This document shows, piece after piece, positions 26,212 to 40,319 of a stretch of DNA of 64,000 nt. Within the stretch, counting starts at the first letter, position 1. Every line of letters begins with the position of its first letter. The DNA is from Cycas panzhihuaensis. Its lineage: Eukaryota > Plantae > Cycadophyta. The notes under the pieces were generated by a model that was not told the origin of the DNA, ran no database searches, and was given only the letters and a program-made list of their open reading frames with translations. The position numbers were made by a program, and so were the translations under genes. Where the stretch lies: the NCBI GenBank assembly GCA_023213395.1, contig CM041465.1, positions 132,563,741-132,627,740 on the forward strand, written 5' to 3'.

Positions 26212-29200
26212 TGTTGGATAAGGTCTAATCTTAGGCTAGGAGTTTAGGGTACACCCTTTTAATATGTGTTGTGGGGTCATGGCATGTATACTTCTTAATG
26301 TAATAGTCATAGGATGACTAGGAGGTTTTGTCATATGATTGGATAGCCATAAGGTGGCATGTGTTATAAATATATATTGATCTTTTATAATATAATTAGA
26401 GATGGTCATTTCTTACAAGTATATTATATTATATGTTTATATATATTTCATTTATCATATTTATATAATATAATAGTCTTGAAATGCTTATTATTAAATC
26501 ATGTATTTTTAACATAGTATCCGACTTGTTATTTGATCCTAGACTGGTTGTAAGACTATGAGTGTGCCCACCTATTCATGTTATTTAGAACTTGTTTTAT
26601 ATATGCTTATTTATGACTAGGAGGGTTGTCTTGTGTAAGATGAAGTTTGTTGCAAGTTGGTGGGAAGGATTTCAAACTACATTTTTTATAGGGTACCTAG
26701 AGCATGCCAATTCATTTGCCTAGATCATGCTCATATAGCTCCCAGAGCATGTTGGTACTTAAGAAGTTAAAAAACCCTAGTCGAAGCATAGGTGTTGTGG
26801 TTATTTTAAACCTTATAGAGGTTTGTTACATGTTTTTATTCAATTTTGGGTTGTTTAGATGCATGTTTGGCTAATGCACATGCAAGTTTCCTTAAGAGTC
26901 TAAGAACAATGCTTTAGGAGTAGGACTAATCACCATGTCAAAACTATTGATCTGGTGACAAGGCCATCAGTTTGCCCTCTATTTCATGAAATGAAGTTTA
27001 AATATTAGCAAGAGTTTGTGGCATATTTTTAAGGTAGTAAATGGTGTGTTGGCTCTATTTATATACACTAGATTTTTGGGGACAATATTTAAGAAATTGA
27101 TTTTGAAGAGAACCTATGGTTTTATAAATAAACCAATTATGTTTTTCAAGGAGATTGTAGGTTAAAAGATTTGATATTAGATCATCCATGTTAGTAAATT
27201 GAAGGGTTTTCTATTGATTACTAGTAAGTACACATGTTAATGTTTACTCCTTATTAAAGCATAGAACCCTTGTGGCAAATAAATTTAAGATAGGTAGTTA
27301 TTATGGTGTTTTGAGCATTTTATACATTATTAATTATTTTTTAAAGGATTCTATATGATGGAAAATTCATACTAGTGTTAATATAGTGATTAGCAACTAA
27401 TTTAATAAAAAAATATGATTATAAGTGTTCACATAGCCACTGGGCATTATGCATGCTAAAGGAATTTTTTTTTCATGGTGTTCTAATGTGTTTTTTGCAT
27501 CAAGTTTCTTTAATTGAAGGTGCCACTAAATGTAGATGGTATTTTTGCAGTCAAACATGTGAGAAATTTGAGTTGTAAAGGAGAAAATTAACTTTGCATA
27601 TCTATTTGGATGTTGGCATCTCCCTACTTTATGGGGCAATTTTGCATAATATGTAATATATTTTTTGTAGGTTTTTCACTCTAAAGGAGGTTTTTAAAGA
27701 TTGTAGAATTTACAGCTACTCTTATATCTAAATTCTATTATTCAAATTTATCAATAAATTGATGAGAATGTTACATGTTCATTATCATTATTATTTTTGT
27801 TTAGCACACTTAAGAAATATTTTTATTTTATAAACTTTATTTAATCTAAAGTTCTAAGATTTATATGGTAAAATTAAAATGTTTTTAATATGTGGTAAAG
27901 TCCCCTAGCCCCTCAAATGGATCACATGATATTTTTTATGACCATGAGCTAACTTTATTAAAAATTTTGAATTCACTATGATACCATGTTAGAATATATG
28001 TAATGACTTATGTAGAAGTATGTAATAAAATAATATATAATATATTCACATAATCAATTTAGTATATCATCAATGTAATAAATGAAAAAGATAAAGGTAT
28101 AAGAGAGAATAATATAAATATCATATATACACCATGTTTAACATGGAAAACATATGAATGGGAAAAACCACCTCCAAATATTTATATAATCTTCTATTAA
28201 GAAGAATAATCAATAATGATCATGGTAAGTTATCCTATCCTCATAAGAAAGACTAGGTGATCTAGTTATTTTTACAATAGGCATTGCCCTTATATAGATA
28301 TATAACCTCATCACTAACCAATCATATTTCACCTTTATATCAACCAATCTAATCATGGGTGTGAGACCTATTATATCATTTAATGATAACTTTAACTTCT
28401 TGACCACGAATTAAATATTACTCCTTAATAATTGTGAACTTTAACATTCCAATACTTAATTATTCTAGCACTTCCCATTAATGTTTAATTTGTGGATCTT
28501 TAAATATTTTCATGTCTGCAACCTATATCTTCATCTTTATATCTTCATATCTTTATGTTGGATCACTTACTCATATGTATCTTCATTTTACGTATATCAC
28601 TTGTAAATCAATTTGTCTCACTTATCTTTATCATACTTGTTTTTTGTTAATAATATATCATACTAACCTATAATTAAATATATGAAACCAATCACTTATA
28701 AAATATTATAAACCATCATCATTCAACTAATAAATAATCATAATTTATTACTTTTAACTTTGTCATGATATATGAAGTTTTTCTCTTATGAACTTTATAT
28801 CTTCACCTGTAAAGCTGTAACAATCAACATTGTTAACTCTATCATCTTAAAATCTCATGAACTAAAATGATTATTGTTGTACATATAGAATAACAACCAT
28901 CTATTGAAATATATAGGTAAGTAACCTTTGTAATTACTAGTTCTATAGGAAGTATTTCTTGTATGTGATTCATCATCATATAAAATCAAATAATAAAATG
29001 ACACTAGCTATTAGGCCAATATGTTGTATATGAGTAACATCATTCTATCTTACCTCTTGTGTACAATAATAATTATATGGTGCTAAGGTGAAATATTAGA
29101 GCTTTAAATCAACTCACATACTGTCTCTATCATAAGCTCATATACTAGCTTAATATAGCCTTTATCATTCTCAACCCACTTTTATTATACAAGTCTAATA

Positions 29201-30651
29201 AACTCTTATTAGGATTTGCTTCACATATGTTATAAGATCTTTTATAATCTTGAAGCTTTAATAATTCACTCTAACTCTAATACCGTATTACAAATTTTGA
29301 ATTCACTCTAATATTATGATAAATTATCTATAATGACTTATGTAAAAATATGTAATTAAGCAGTATATAATATATTCATACGATCAATTTAGTATATCAT
29401 AAATATAATAAGTGAAAAAGGACCAGGGCATAAGAGATAATAATATAAACATCATATGTACATCATGTTTAATATGGAAAGCCCATGAATGGGAAAAAAC
29501 ACCTCTAAATATGTGTAAGATCTGATATTAAGAAGAATAATCAATAATAATCACGGTGAGTTGTCCTATCCTCACAAAGAGGACTAGGCAATCTAATTTA
29601 ATGTATAACTTCATCATCAACCAATCATATTTCACCTTTATATCAACCAATCTGATAATACGTATATGACCTCTCATATTATTTAATAATAACTTTAAAC
29701 TTTTGGTCATACTCATCGATAATCATGAACTTTAACATTCCAACACTCAAATATTCTAACAAACTTGAAAGGGGCCAAAAAGTTTAATTTTCACCTCTCA
29801 TATTTTTAATGACCTATGTGTATAAAAAATTTAACATCTCTCTCATATGATGTTAGAATTTAGTTTTTTCTATTGTATTAGAGAGTTGAATCATCCAACT
29901 TTATAATGAATGGTTATATGATATGCTTTAAAGGTTTTTCATTATATATTTTAAGACATGAAGTTCTAGTTATAATTTGACAAGGTGTTATTTATGTTAA
30001 AAATAGAACTCATACCTAGATGAAGGGGTGTTTTGTCATATCTTTTTACTTAGATAACCATTTATATAGGTTTGTTTCATAGTTTAGTGAATGAGGTTGT
30101 AGTTTTTCAGTTCAACCTTCTCCTTGGGGGGTAAGAATGACAAAGAACAAACAAAATAAGAACATGTAAAAGTTATGTTATAGGAAAATATTAGTGAATC
30201 ATATATATGAGGGTCATTTTAGAAGATTAATGGGTACATAAGATGGTAAGACATAGATGTTTGGATTTTATATAGACCCAACATCATATTTGAAGTACAT
30301 ATATGAAAAATAGATTAAATAGTAAGGGGGAATGCTAGATAATATTTAATCTTATGCTAAGATATTAGTGTACACCTCTTTAATTTATGTTGTGGGATCA
30401 TGGAATATACACTTCTTAGTGTAATAGTCATAGGATGGCTAGGAGGTTTTGGAACATGATTGGACAACTATAATATGGCATGCATTATAAATATATATTA
30501 ATTTTTAATAATATAATTGAAGATGGTTATTTCCCATAAGTGTGTTATATTGTATATTTATATATATTTCATTTATTACATCTGCATGGTATCATAGTCT
30601 TAACATATTGCTTATTATCTATTAATGATATCAAATCATGTATTTTTAACA
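26212..30651 (+). mobile_element. Non-autonomous LTR retrotransposon J (LTRs 26212-26514 and 30333-30651)
   Basis: Two homologous ~300-bp LTRs. Degenerate tRNA-Met PBS TAGTATCCGAC at ~26515 and PPT AAGGGGGAA before 30333. TSD AAACA/AAATA. No recognisable pol motifs inside. Confidence 0.85.
27956..29761 (-). mobile_element. Small non-autonomous LTR element F nested in J (LTRs 27956-28470 and 29286-29761)
   Basis: Homologous ~500-bp LTRs, exact TSD AACTT, PBS at ~29275-29285, PPT at ~28471-28480. The internal region resembles 38950-39250 of element E. Confidence 0.88.
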
Positions 30652-31345
30652 AAATAGTACCTAGTATACAAAATATTATTTTCTCCATTTCTTATGATCA
30701 AATAGGTATTCTATAATATTCTAATAGAAGGTTGACCTTTGAAAAATATATTAACTGATATAGCTCATTAGTTATATCATCCATACATAGAATCAAGTAT
30801 AATTACCACTTAAAATATTATCTTTAAAATTTTGTTGGATATTATGCAAATGTATTAAAAAAGGGATAAATACCTATAGAAGCTTAGCGATATTAGGGGA
30901 GAAGTAAAATACAACCATTCTATAAAGGTTAGATTGCTTTGAAGGTTAATTAAGGAGTAGTTGTAAATAAGCTTCCTTAGGGTAGGATTTATGGATAGTG
31001 TGCTCATTGTGAGTGGTGTTTTAAAGAAAATAGTTGGTAAGATAATGATCTATAAAGGTAATGTCTTTGAAGTAAATAATAACCATTGAAGTGATGGACA
31101 CATAGTCACATCTTAGATTACTTGAAGGAATGGGCCTCATAGATGAGGCATTCATCACAAAATCAAATCCATGAAAAGGAGGTTCTATGCATGAGAAAGG
31201 CCATAAAATCGATAAAGATTATTGATCTTCTAGACACGTGGTGACATCATTGGTTATTCACAATGGAGGCCCTTCTTCATTTATAATTAATAATAAAAAA
31301 GGTATCTATAATCCACTAACAAATAGGAGGATATATGGTAACTTT

Positions 31346-31676
31346 TGTTAGAAGTATTTAATATTTTTATATTAGATTAGGCTTATAATTTTAAGTTATA
31401 AGCCTTCTCCTTTATATATTATATTATATATATATTTTTCCTTGTATTTAAATGATGAGCCATGAAGGTTATTCAAGCATTCAACACATGTATCACTTCA
31501 AGTTTACATATAGAGCACATTTGTTGTAGTGTTAATATACATGTTAGTTCTATTGTAATTTAGAATGAGATGAAGATGAATATAAGATATGCTTGTAAAA
31601 CTAATTTTCTAAGTGCAATTATTGATATCTTTCTTAGTTAGATCCTAATTTGCATGCCAACATGGTATTAGAACTA
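31346..31676 (+). repeat. Unpaired LTR followed by a PBS (possibly the 5' LTR of copia G)
   Basis: Ends ...CCAACA|TGGTATTAGAAC. The start at TGTTAG 31346 is tentative and no partner LTR was found. Confidence 0.45.
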
Positions 31677-34024
31677 GGGTTAAGTTCAAGTATGAGCAAG
31701 TCAAGTTTTTGAGTCATGTAGGATTTCATTTTTGACAACTTAAAATTAATTTTTTATATGCCTATTTTTTAAAACTCTTATTAGAAGTTTATAGGATTTA
31801 GTATGGTATGCAGTACAGATTGCCTACAGGAACAACATGTGTGATTTGTTAGAATATGTGAGTATTAGAATATATGATTATTTGTATATATAATGTTTAA
31901 TGTTAATGATAGTAGAGCCACATGCAATCCTACTAATAAAATATATTTAAAGATGTGATAATGCACATTTATTCATATACATATCTTATTGGATGATGAA
32001 AATGCTTAAGAGACATAATAGGCTATTTATGAGGTGACTATTGATATAGATATATACACATACCACTTGAGATCTTGAGTAATGAAGGACTTAATTAGAG
32101 ATGTATTCATTTTGATATCTAAAGAGGAGTTTCTAACTCTAACCTTCTCTTGTGGTTTTTTCCACACTAGATTTTTCAGATATCAATCTATCATTTACCT
32201 TGCGGTGATTAATTATTGTATGTTTCTAATATTTGATACTTTATGATTCATGTTATTGCATGATATATTCATCTTATATACATAATTTGTGTACATTCCT
32301 TATGATATGATTTATTCATTATACATGTTTAATATACTTTTACTATGCAATAATGACTACATCATGATATGGTATCAGAGTTAAATTCTAAATTCTATTA
32401 TAGTGTCAAAGTTGAGGTGAGGGCTTAGTTGCTAGCCATATTATGGAAGTTCTTATGAAGTAGATTCAAGCCTATACAAGCTAGATAAGCCAATAATTGA
32501 GCCAAATGTAAATCCAATACAAGAGCTAGTATGAAGAGAAAATTGATGAGTTAAAAGATGATTATGCCAATGATATATTATCAAGATTATAAGGCATGAT
32601 AAAGATACAAAATTTCATATAGATGCTAAAAGCCATAAATTGATGGGTATGTTATATACTTCTTAATGTGGACATTTATTTCAAACATATTATGCACATA
32701 TACTAGTAGCATGCAGATTTTAAAACTAGTCCACTAAAGATAATGAGAAATGATGAAGAAGAAACTATTACTAGTTATATTTACCAATATAGACTAGCCC
32801 CCTATAAAATTGAATGAGATTTATGAAGATATTTTAGTTCATTAGTGAAGACTTTTACAAGTATCTTGGTATTAAAGCTAAAGATTCACTATCACTTTTA
32901 AACTTTTTAAAAGGCTATTGCGAGCATCTCATAACTGAGATTTATTGCTAGAATAGTGCCAGTATCTTATTAGTATATAAAACAGATTGTAGACATATAA
33001 TAGTTGATATATAGAAAAATAAAGAGGTATGTGTTATTAAGCAAATATGATATTTTGATACATTTAATCAAATTTGAATCTTTTATGAAGTCCATCAATA
33101 ATCAATTACATGGAGGAGCTAATGCAACTAGGAGCCCAACTAAAAAGAGCTAAACTAATTATCATAAGGTTTACATAATTTTTTATAACATATTATTACT
33201 TCTTCATTTATAACTTTTCAGAAGAAAGTCTATTTTTTTAGTTGTTAGTTGCATTAGAAAGAGAATTTTTGAGAAGTTTGAAATGAGTGGTTGCAAGGCA
33301 TATTTCAAAAATCAGATAACAGAGATATTAATAGGTAAAGTTGATCAAAGTTCTCATAACCTCATAAAAGATACATTTTATAAATATTTTCAGAACTATT
33401 TTCATATATTTTGATATTTTCAAAGGCTCCAAAGATAATGATGATGTTATTGATGAGTATTGAAGAATAAAAAAGGAAGTTTAATTTAAAAGTAAATAAT
33501 TTAAGGCTCACTAATAATAATTTAAGGCTTAAAATAGATGAAAATTTAATGATGTGAGAATATATTTAATATGATATTGAGGTGGATATCTTAATATATT
33601 AGACATGATAAAAATTCTCCTTAGTATTTACCATAATTAGCTTAATGGATGTGTAATACTAGTCAAATGTAATAATCACCTAGTCTATTGCATACTTGTT
33701 TGAATGAATGAATGGTTGATGACACCACCTGATATTTGATAAAGGGCTTAGTTATTTATTTGTAATTAATATTAGAGAGATGTTATTACAATGATGTTTT
33801 TCACTTGCTTATGAGATGTAAAGAACTCTTATATATTAATTACTTGATATACCAAATTTAGTTATTGATGAGTCTGGTTGATATCAAACAAGTATTTGTT
33901 AGTTAGAAATCTAACTCGTTATGTATAACAAGAGACATAGAAGCACACTACTTAGGTTACCTGATTATAGCTAACTTGTCTTGGCTAGGTAGTATGCCTT
34001 GTTCCTAGAGTTAGTATGTTTGAT

Positions 34025-37000
34025 TTTTTTTTTTTTGATAAGGTTTTAATTAAGGGGGTTTTAAAAGGGACCCCAACCCCATACATCAGCTGCCCTACAG
34101 GCCACAAAAAGGTACTGTGAGAAGCCCATGACCTAGCTAAAACCCATGACTAAGCCCAACTACATACCCTCCCATGCCATCAACATGCCTCATGGCTAGC
34201 ACTGATCACACCTAACATCAAATACCATAAGGAACTGTCATGACAAGCCCACGGCCTAGCTGGATTCCACAACTAATCCCCTTACTTGCCTAGCCATACA
34301 ATCTGGCCCTTTTATGTCCTTCTTAACTAGAGCTAAAATCTCCTCAGGGATCTTATCTTTCCAACATTCGTATCTTTTGGTTTGAACACCCTAGTTGGCT
34401 AAACCGTCAGCAACCCCGTTACCTTCTCTATAGGTGTGAGTCATATGGACTTCAATTCTACTCTTAAGCATCTCCTTAACATCATTTATGTGGGATCTAT
34501 ATCTCCAATTAGGATCAACCTCCCCTTTAATTAACTTGATTATATTCAGCGAATCCCCTTCAATAATGACCATGTCATGGCCCTCCTGGGAAATCATTTC
34601 AATCGCTTTACACATAGCCTCCAATTTAGCCTGGTGGTTGGATTAGGAACCATAGTAATTTGCAAATGCCCATTTCACCTTCCCCTCTGAGTTCCTACAT
34701 ACACCACCCCCCCAGCTTCTACAGGGTTACCTTTCATTGTGCTATCAAAATTGATTTTCACCCACCCATCTAGCAGGGGAATCCATTTGACCCTTCTACT
34801 TGGTTTTGGTTTAACCTTAACATTTATCTCCTATCTTTCCAAAATCCTTCCATCCTCGTGACTGATCTGATTTTCCTCTTCCACCTTCAGAGTCTCTTTT
34901 ACATTCCCCATAATTATCTCAAAAATCTTATGCTCATTCATATGCTTATCTTGAATGATTCTTCTGTTTCTCTTCTTCCAAAGATTCCACATTATCACAG
35001 GGAGTGAAATTGACCAAACAAACTTCAAAACTCTACTTCTAAAAGGGCATACCCAAGATAAAACCAGTTCCCACACTAAACCAGGAAGGACCCAAGAGAC
35101 TCCAAGGGTTTTCCAAAACAACTTCCATACCTCCCTAGAGTATGAGCAGTGAAGAAAAATGTGATCTCGTGTCTCTTCCTCCTCTCTGCATAAAGTGCAT
35201 CTACTTGCCATGACAAAACCTCTTTTCCTAAGGTTATTTGATGTTAATATTTTGTTTCTAAGGTACAACCACCAAAATATGGCAATCTTGGGGATTAAGT
35301 CCAAATTCCAAACACCACCAAGGATCTTATTTTTGTTTCAGCCTCTATTCGAAAGAAGTGCCATGTAACCTGTCTTTACCGAGTAAACCCCTGAAGGATC
35401 CCCAGGCCAAACCATCACATCCTCCTTTGGGGATTTGGGAATATAAATTTTTTCTAGCTCATATTTTAAGGATTCTAATTGGTCCCAACCCAGATATCCA
35501 GGGGGGATATCCTCAAAACTCCTCCAAATTTTTCCATTATCTTGTACTTCCCAATAGTCTTTTACCTTCCTCCTATAAAACCTTTCATAGATATTCTGGA
35601 GAGCTAAAAAAGAGGGTCTCTCCTTTAACAGGGGTCTACCACTTTAGACGTCCTCCCATATTTTTATTCTTTCTCCATTGCCCAAGCTCCACTCGACCTC
35701 GCCTATTAGCATCTTTCTTACCCAAATAAGGCTTCTCCAGATCTCGGAGCCTCCTTTCCCAAAGAGATCACCTATCAGATACTCTCTGTGTCTAAGATAT
35801 TTCTAAGTGATAATTCTACCCCATGATTTATTCTCACCCTTGGCGAGGCTCCAACCCAATTTCACCATCAAAGCTTTGTTAAAACAGGAAATATCTTTCA
35901 CATTTAGACCTCCTGCCTTCTTGGGGAGACAAAATTTCTCCCAGGCAACAAGATGAATCCTATCTCTATCCTCCATTCCTGACCACAAAAACCTTTTCTG
36001 AATGGATTCTAGGGCATTAACCATCTTTCTCGAACATCTAAACAGAGACATCATGTATAATGGAACACTCTATAAGGAAGCAGTCAACAATTATAATTTA
36101 TTGGCTTGGCTCAACAATGCCCCTTTCCAACCGGCTAACTTCCTTTGGATCTAGTGGATAATGGGATTCCAAAGCTCCTTCTCTAATTTACCAGTAAAAA
36201 GAGGTAGACTCAAATACAAGGAAGAGAGCTTCCTAATAAGCATACCCAAAATCCTGTTAATAGCACCTTAAGTCCTAGCCAAAGTATTCAGAAAAAATAT
36301 ACTACTCTTATTGAGGTTGATCTTTTGGTTAATCACATCCTCAAACCTCGCTAGCTCCTCTTTAATTGCTTTGGCCTTTGCAATTACTGCCTTACCCAAT
36401 AAAATATTATCGTCCACAAATTAGCGATGAACTATATTCTCTACTCCCGACGTAGGCTTAAGCCCTATTAACTTGCCTATACCTCTAGCTTCCTCCAAGG
36501 CCCTATCCAACATATCAGCCATTATGATAAAGAGATATGGTGCTAAAGGATCTCCTTGGCGTAGGCAAACCTAAGAAAAAAGGATGATGACATTCCATTT
36601 ACTAGCACTGAGAATTTCAGGTTCGTAATGCAACTCTTAATCTAGTTTCCCATATACATGTTAATCCCAAAATCTCTAATACAATCTAATAAGCAATCCT
36701 AAGATACCCTATCATATGCCTTAGACAGGTCAATTTTTATAATCATGCCAAGTTCCTTCTTTTGAGTTGTGGAATGAACCATTTCATGAACCATGATTAT
36801 ACAATCCAAGACTTACATCTCTTTGACAAATCCATCCTAATTAGGGGCAATTATTAAAGGTAGTATTCCTTTTAGTCTATTAGCAAGGATTTTCTCCAAG
36901 ATCTTATATTTCACATTGCATAGACTAATAGGTCATAAGTCTTCCATCTTATTGGCATCACCTTTCTTCGGGATCAGAGCCAGGAAAGTGGCTTGCCATT

Positions 37001-38606
37001 CCCCATGAATCCTACTATTATTGTAAAAATCAGAGACCTCCTTGAGGAAATCTTCCTTGATAATATCCCAGTATTCCTAGAAAAAACCTGGAGGAAAACC
37101 ATCTGGGCTAGGGGATTTATCCTTCTTCATAATGAATACCACATTCACTACCTCCTCTAAAGAGAAAGGCTCTTCCGGGGATTTGTTCCAGCCTTCCCCC
37201 ATAATCTTGGGGATTAATTTTGCCAACTCTTTCCTGGCCATAACATCTTTACAACTAGGCTCATTAAGCAACTCCCTAAAGTAATCCATAACCACCTCCT
37301 TTATCCCTTTCTGATCCTTTATTTGCTTGCCCTCTTTATTGGGAATTATCCTAATGTGATTCCCTAATCTATGTTTCAGAGTGATCAAATGAAAGAATTT
37401 TGTATTCATGTTGCCTTCAACTAGCCACAAGGTTCTAGACTTTTGTCTCCAATGAATTTCTTCCTTTATCAAAACATCTTTCCACTTAGCTTGAAGGCCT
37501 CTCTCTCCTTAGTCTAAAAGGATAGATTTGCCTTCTTCCTAAATTTTAGCCTCCAGTATTTTTAAGTCTTTTAGGATTTATTTTTTTATTTCAAATATGT
37601 TTCAGAAGATATTTTTGTTCCATTCTTTCAACCGCGTCTTTACCCAGTTTAATTTTTTTGAAAATCGAAGCATGGCACATCCATCAAGTAGGTGTTTCCA
37701 CCACTTTGTAATCAGGTCACAGAGGCCCAAGTCCTTTATCCACATCATCTCAAACTTGAAAGGGGATCCCATGAACTTCTTTTTATTAGCAAAACTTAGG
37801 ATCAATGAGGAGTGATCCAAGACCAGCTTAGGTGTCGTTTCCAAAATAATATTGTTGTATAAGTTGGCCCAAGCAAAATTCATCAGCGCTCTATCTAGCC
37901 TTACCTGAATTTGGTGCTCTCCAAGACTTCTATTAGACCAAGTATACTTCAGGCAATGAAGAGGGATGTCCATAACACCACCTTCTTGCATAAACTCCCT
38001 CAGGTCTTCCATGCTCTTGGTCTAGCCCCCTTGGCCCCCTTTCTTTTTCTTAGAAGACAGGGCCAAATTCATATCTCTGGCTATTAGCTAAGGGCCCTTC
38101 CAGGCCTTATAGGTCTCCAACAATCTTTCCTATAATGGCTTCCTGCCATCTTGAGTTAAGGGGACATAGACATTCGTAACTAACCATTTTTGGTTAGATT
38201 TTTCACACATTAACCAGCTAGAAAGGAAGTGCTCCTCAGATGCATATATCTCCCCTTCCTAGCTTCTAGAGTTCCATAAGGTAGCTAAGCCCCCAGAGCC
38301 TCTATTCCCATCTCTAACTGTCATACTTGCTCCCTTCCATACCTTGTTGAGAACAACATCTTTATTCCCCTCCTCAAGCTTTATTTCTCGCAAGAGAAGA
38401 ATCTCTAACTCATATTTGAGTCGTAATTATTTAGCCATTTTGCATTTAGATGGACCATTAATACCTTTGATATTCTAGGAGGCCAGATACATGGTACCCC
38501 CTCCATCTTCCTTTGTTTGGTTTATCATTTTTTTCTTCTTAGTTTTGGGCCCTGCCCTCCAATATCCCTTAGGGTTCTTTGACTTCCCTGGTCTATATGT
38601 GTAGCC

Positions 38607-38643
<37 letters not shown>

Positions 38644-38713
38644 GATCTTTGATGATGGTCTACCTGGTCTCTTTTCGCTTCCCAAATCTAGGGCTTTTAT
38701 TTTTTCTAAATCT
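34025..38713 (-). mobile_element. L1-clade LINE, 5'-truncated (end of ORF1, ORF2 with endonuclease, RT, zf-RVT and RNase H)
   Basis: YTWSN...RLDRAL...DHS (EN), WRQKSRTLWL..NTKFFH, SPSPDGF, C-TLC...HIFLHC and HTYREGNGVADGLA. Poly(A) appears as a T-run at 34024-34036. Exact 17-bp TSD GAGTTAGTATGTTTGAT at 34008-34024 and 38714-38730. Confidence 0.95.
38608..38641 (+). repeat. (CT)n microsatellite within LINE ORF1 remnant
   Basis: Seen directly in the sequence. Confidence 0.95.
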
Positions 38714-40319
38714 GAGTTAGTATGTTTGATAATTGATATGATATTGATGAGTTTTATTAATGGTTGCTAAAATAAAGTTATGAGTATGCAAAAGCACTTA
38801 TAAAGATAACACACAAGATATTTATTCATACAGAAAAGGTAAGATAAATGAAGTTACTCTTATACAACACATAAATTGTGTTATTTTTATGTTACTCTTT
38901 TAATAATATTTTATATAACAACTAGTGTTATTTTTATTTATTAATGAACCACGTACAAGAAACACTTCCTAAAGAAGTAGTAATTATAGTGATTGGTTAC
39001 CCATATATTCTAGTAGATGGTTATTGTTTTATATGGACATTAGTAATTATTTTTTATTTATAGGTTTGTTTAGATAAAAGGTTAGTAGATGATGATTAAT
39101 TATAGCTTTATAGATGAAGATATAGAGATGTTTAAGAAAACACTTCATATAAATATAATAATGAGAGTCACATATAATGGTTGACGTTTGATGGATGATT
39201 AATAATTGGTATTTTATAAGTTGGTCATTCATAGTTAGTCACTAATGATCACAAATAACTACATACAATTTTTTGTAAGTTAATTGCTTATAGGAAGCAA
39301 ACATGATATTGACGGATTTATAGGTTATATGTAATACAACTTAATATATCTCAACTCATCTTGATACAAATTTGATATAGATATATGGATTCTAATATAT
39401 AGAAAGAAGAAGACATTAAAGACCAAAGATAAAGATCAAAGACTTGACTTGAAGATTTAAAGACATTAAATATTAAAGGTGAGTGTTAGAGTGTGTAACT
39501 ATTAGAATATGTGATTATTCACATATATAATATTTAATGTTAATGATAGTGGACCCACATACAATCTTACTAGCTAGATACATTAAGAGATATGATAATA
39601 CTTATTGATTTATGTACAGATCCTATTAGATGATAAAAAAACTTAAGAGACATAATAGGCTATTCATGGAGTAACTATTGATATAAATATGTAGATATAC
39701 CACTTGATAACTTAAGAGAGGAAGAATTCAATTAATGATATATTCATTTTAGTATCTAAAGAGGAGCTCCCAACTCTAACCTTCTCCCATGGTTTTTTCC
39801 ACATTAGGTTTTCCATGTATAACTATGTTATCTCACATGTGGTACATGTTTGATTAGTTAAATACTTTATGATTCGTATCATTGCCTAATATATTCATCT
39901 TATATACATGATTTATGTACATTTCAAATTATATGATTTATTTAATATACATATTTAATATACTTTTATTATACAGTAATGCCTATATTATGATATAGTA
40001 TTAGAGTTAAATTCTAAATTCTAACATGATTTATGAGTGCTATTCTAAGGTATAAATAAAAAAAATATTATGAGTTCATGGTATTTTTAATGTTGGAGTT
40101 GAGGTAAATTTAGAGAGTCTCTTGAACTTAATTTGGTGTTTTTGATAGCTCGTTGTAAGGGTGAAGCTTGTGAATAGAGGAGGGATTTGTTGTTTTAGTA
40201 TTTCATAGGGCATTATTGGTAAGGAGTTTTTAGAGTAGGTGTGGTGGCTTAGAGGAGTTAAACACTATTTAAAAGTGATTGATATGAGATGTCCTTAAAA
40301 CACTATTTAATGGAGAAAG

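Larger units (their letters stand above)
23600..30900 (-). mobile_element. Degenerate chromodomain-containing Ty3/gypsy (chromovirus) pol, split inside RT by element J (26212-30651)
   Basis: Chromodomain YLII*KGLPKEDATWDS at ~23955-24010. IYNVFHVPRLK in ORF 24037-24255. The RT reads FSKVNL..EYYRI (30700-30745) and resumes as FKFKIMLFSLVNALTSFQ across the insertion. Confidence 0.8.
31847..40026 (+). mobile_element. Internally deleted copia-derived LTR element E (LTRs 31847-32400 and 39484-40026) carrying a nested LINE
   Basis: Homologous ~550-bp LTRs and exact TSD TGATT. PBS-like sequence at 32401, PPT before 39484. Faint gag (DEEETITSYI) and RNase H remnants. Confidence 0.88.
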
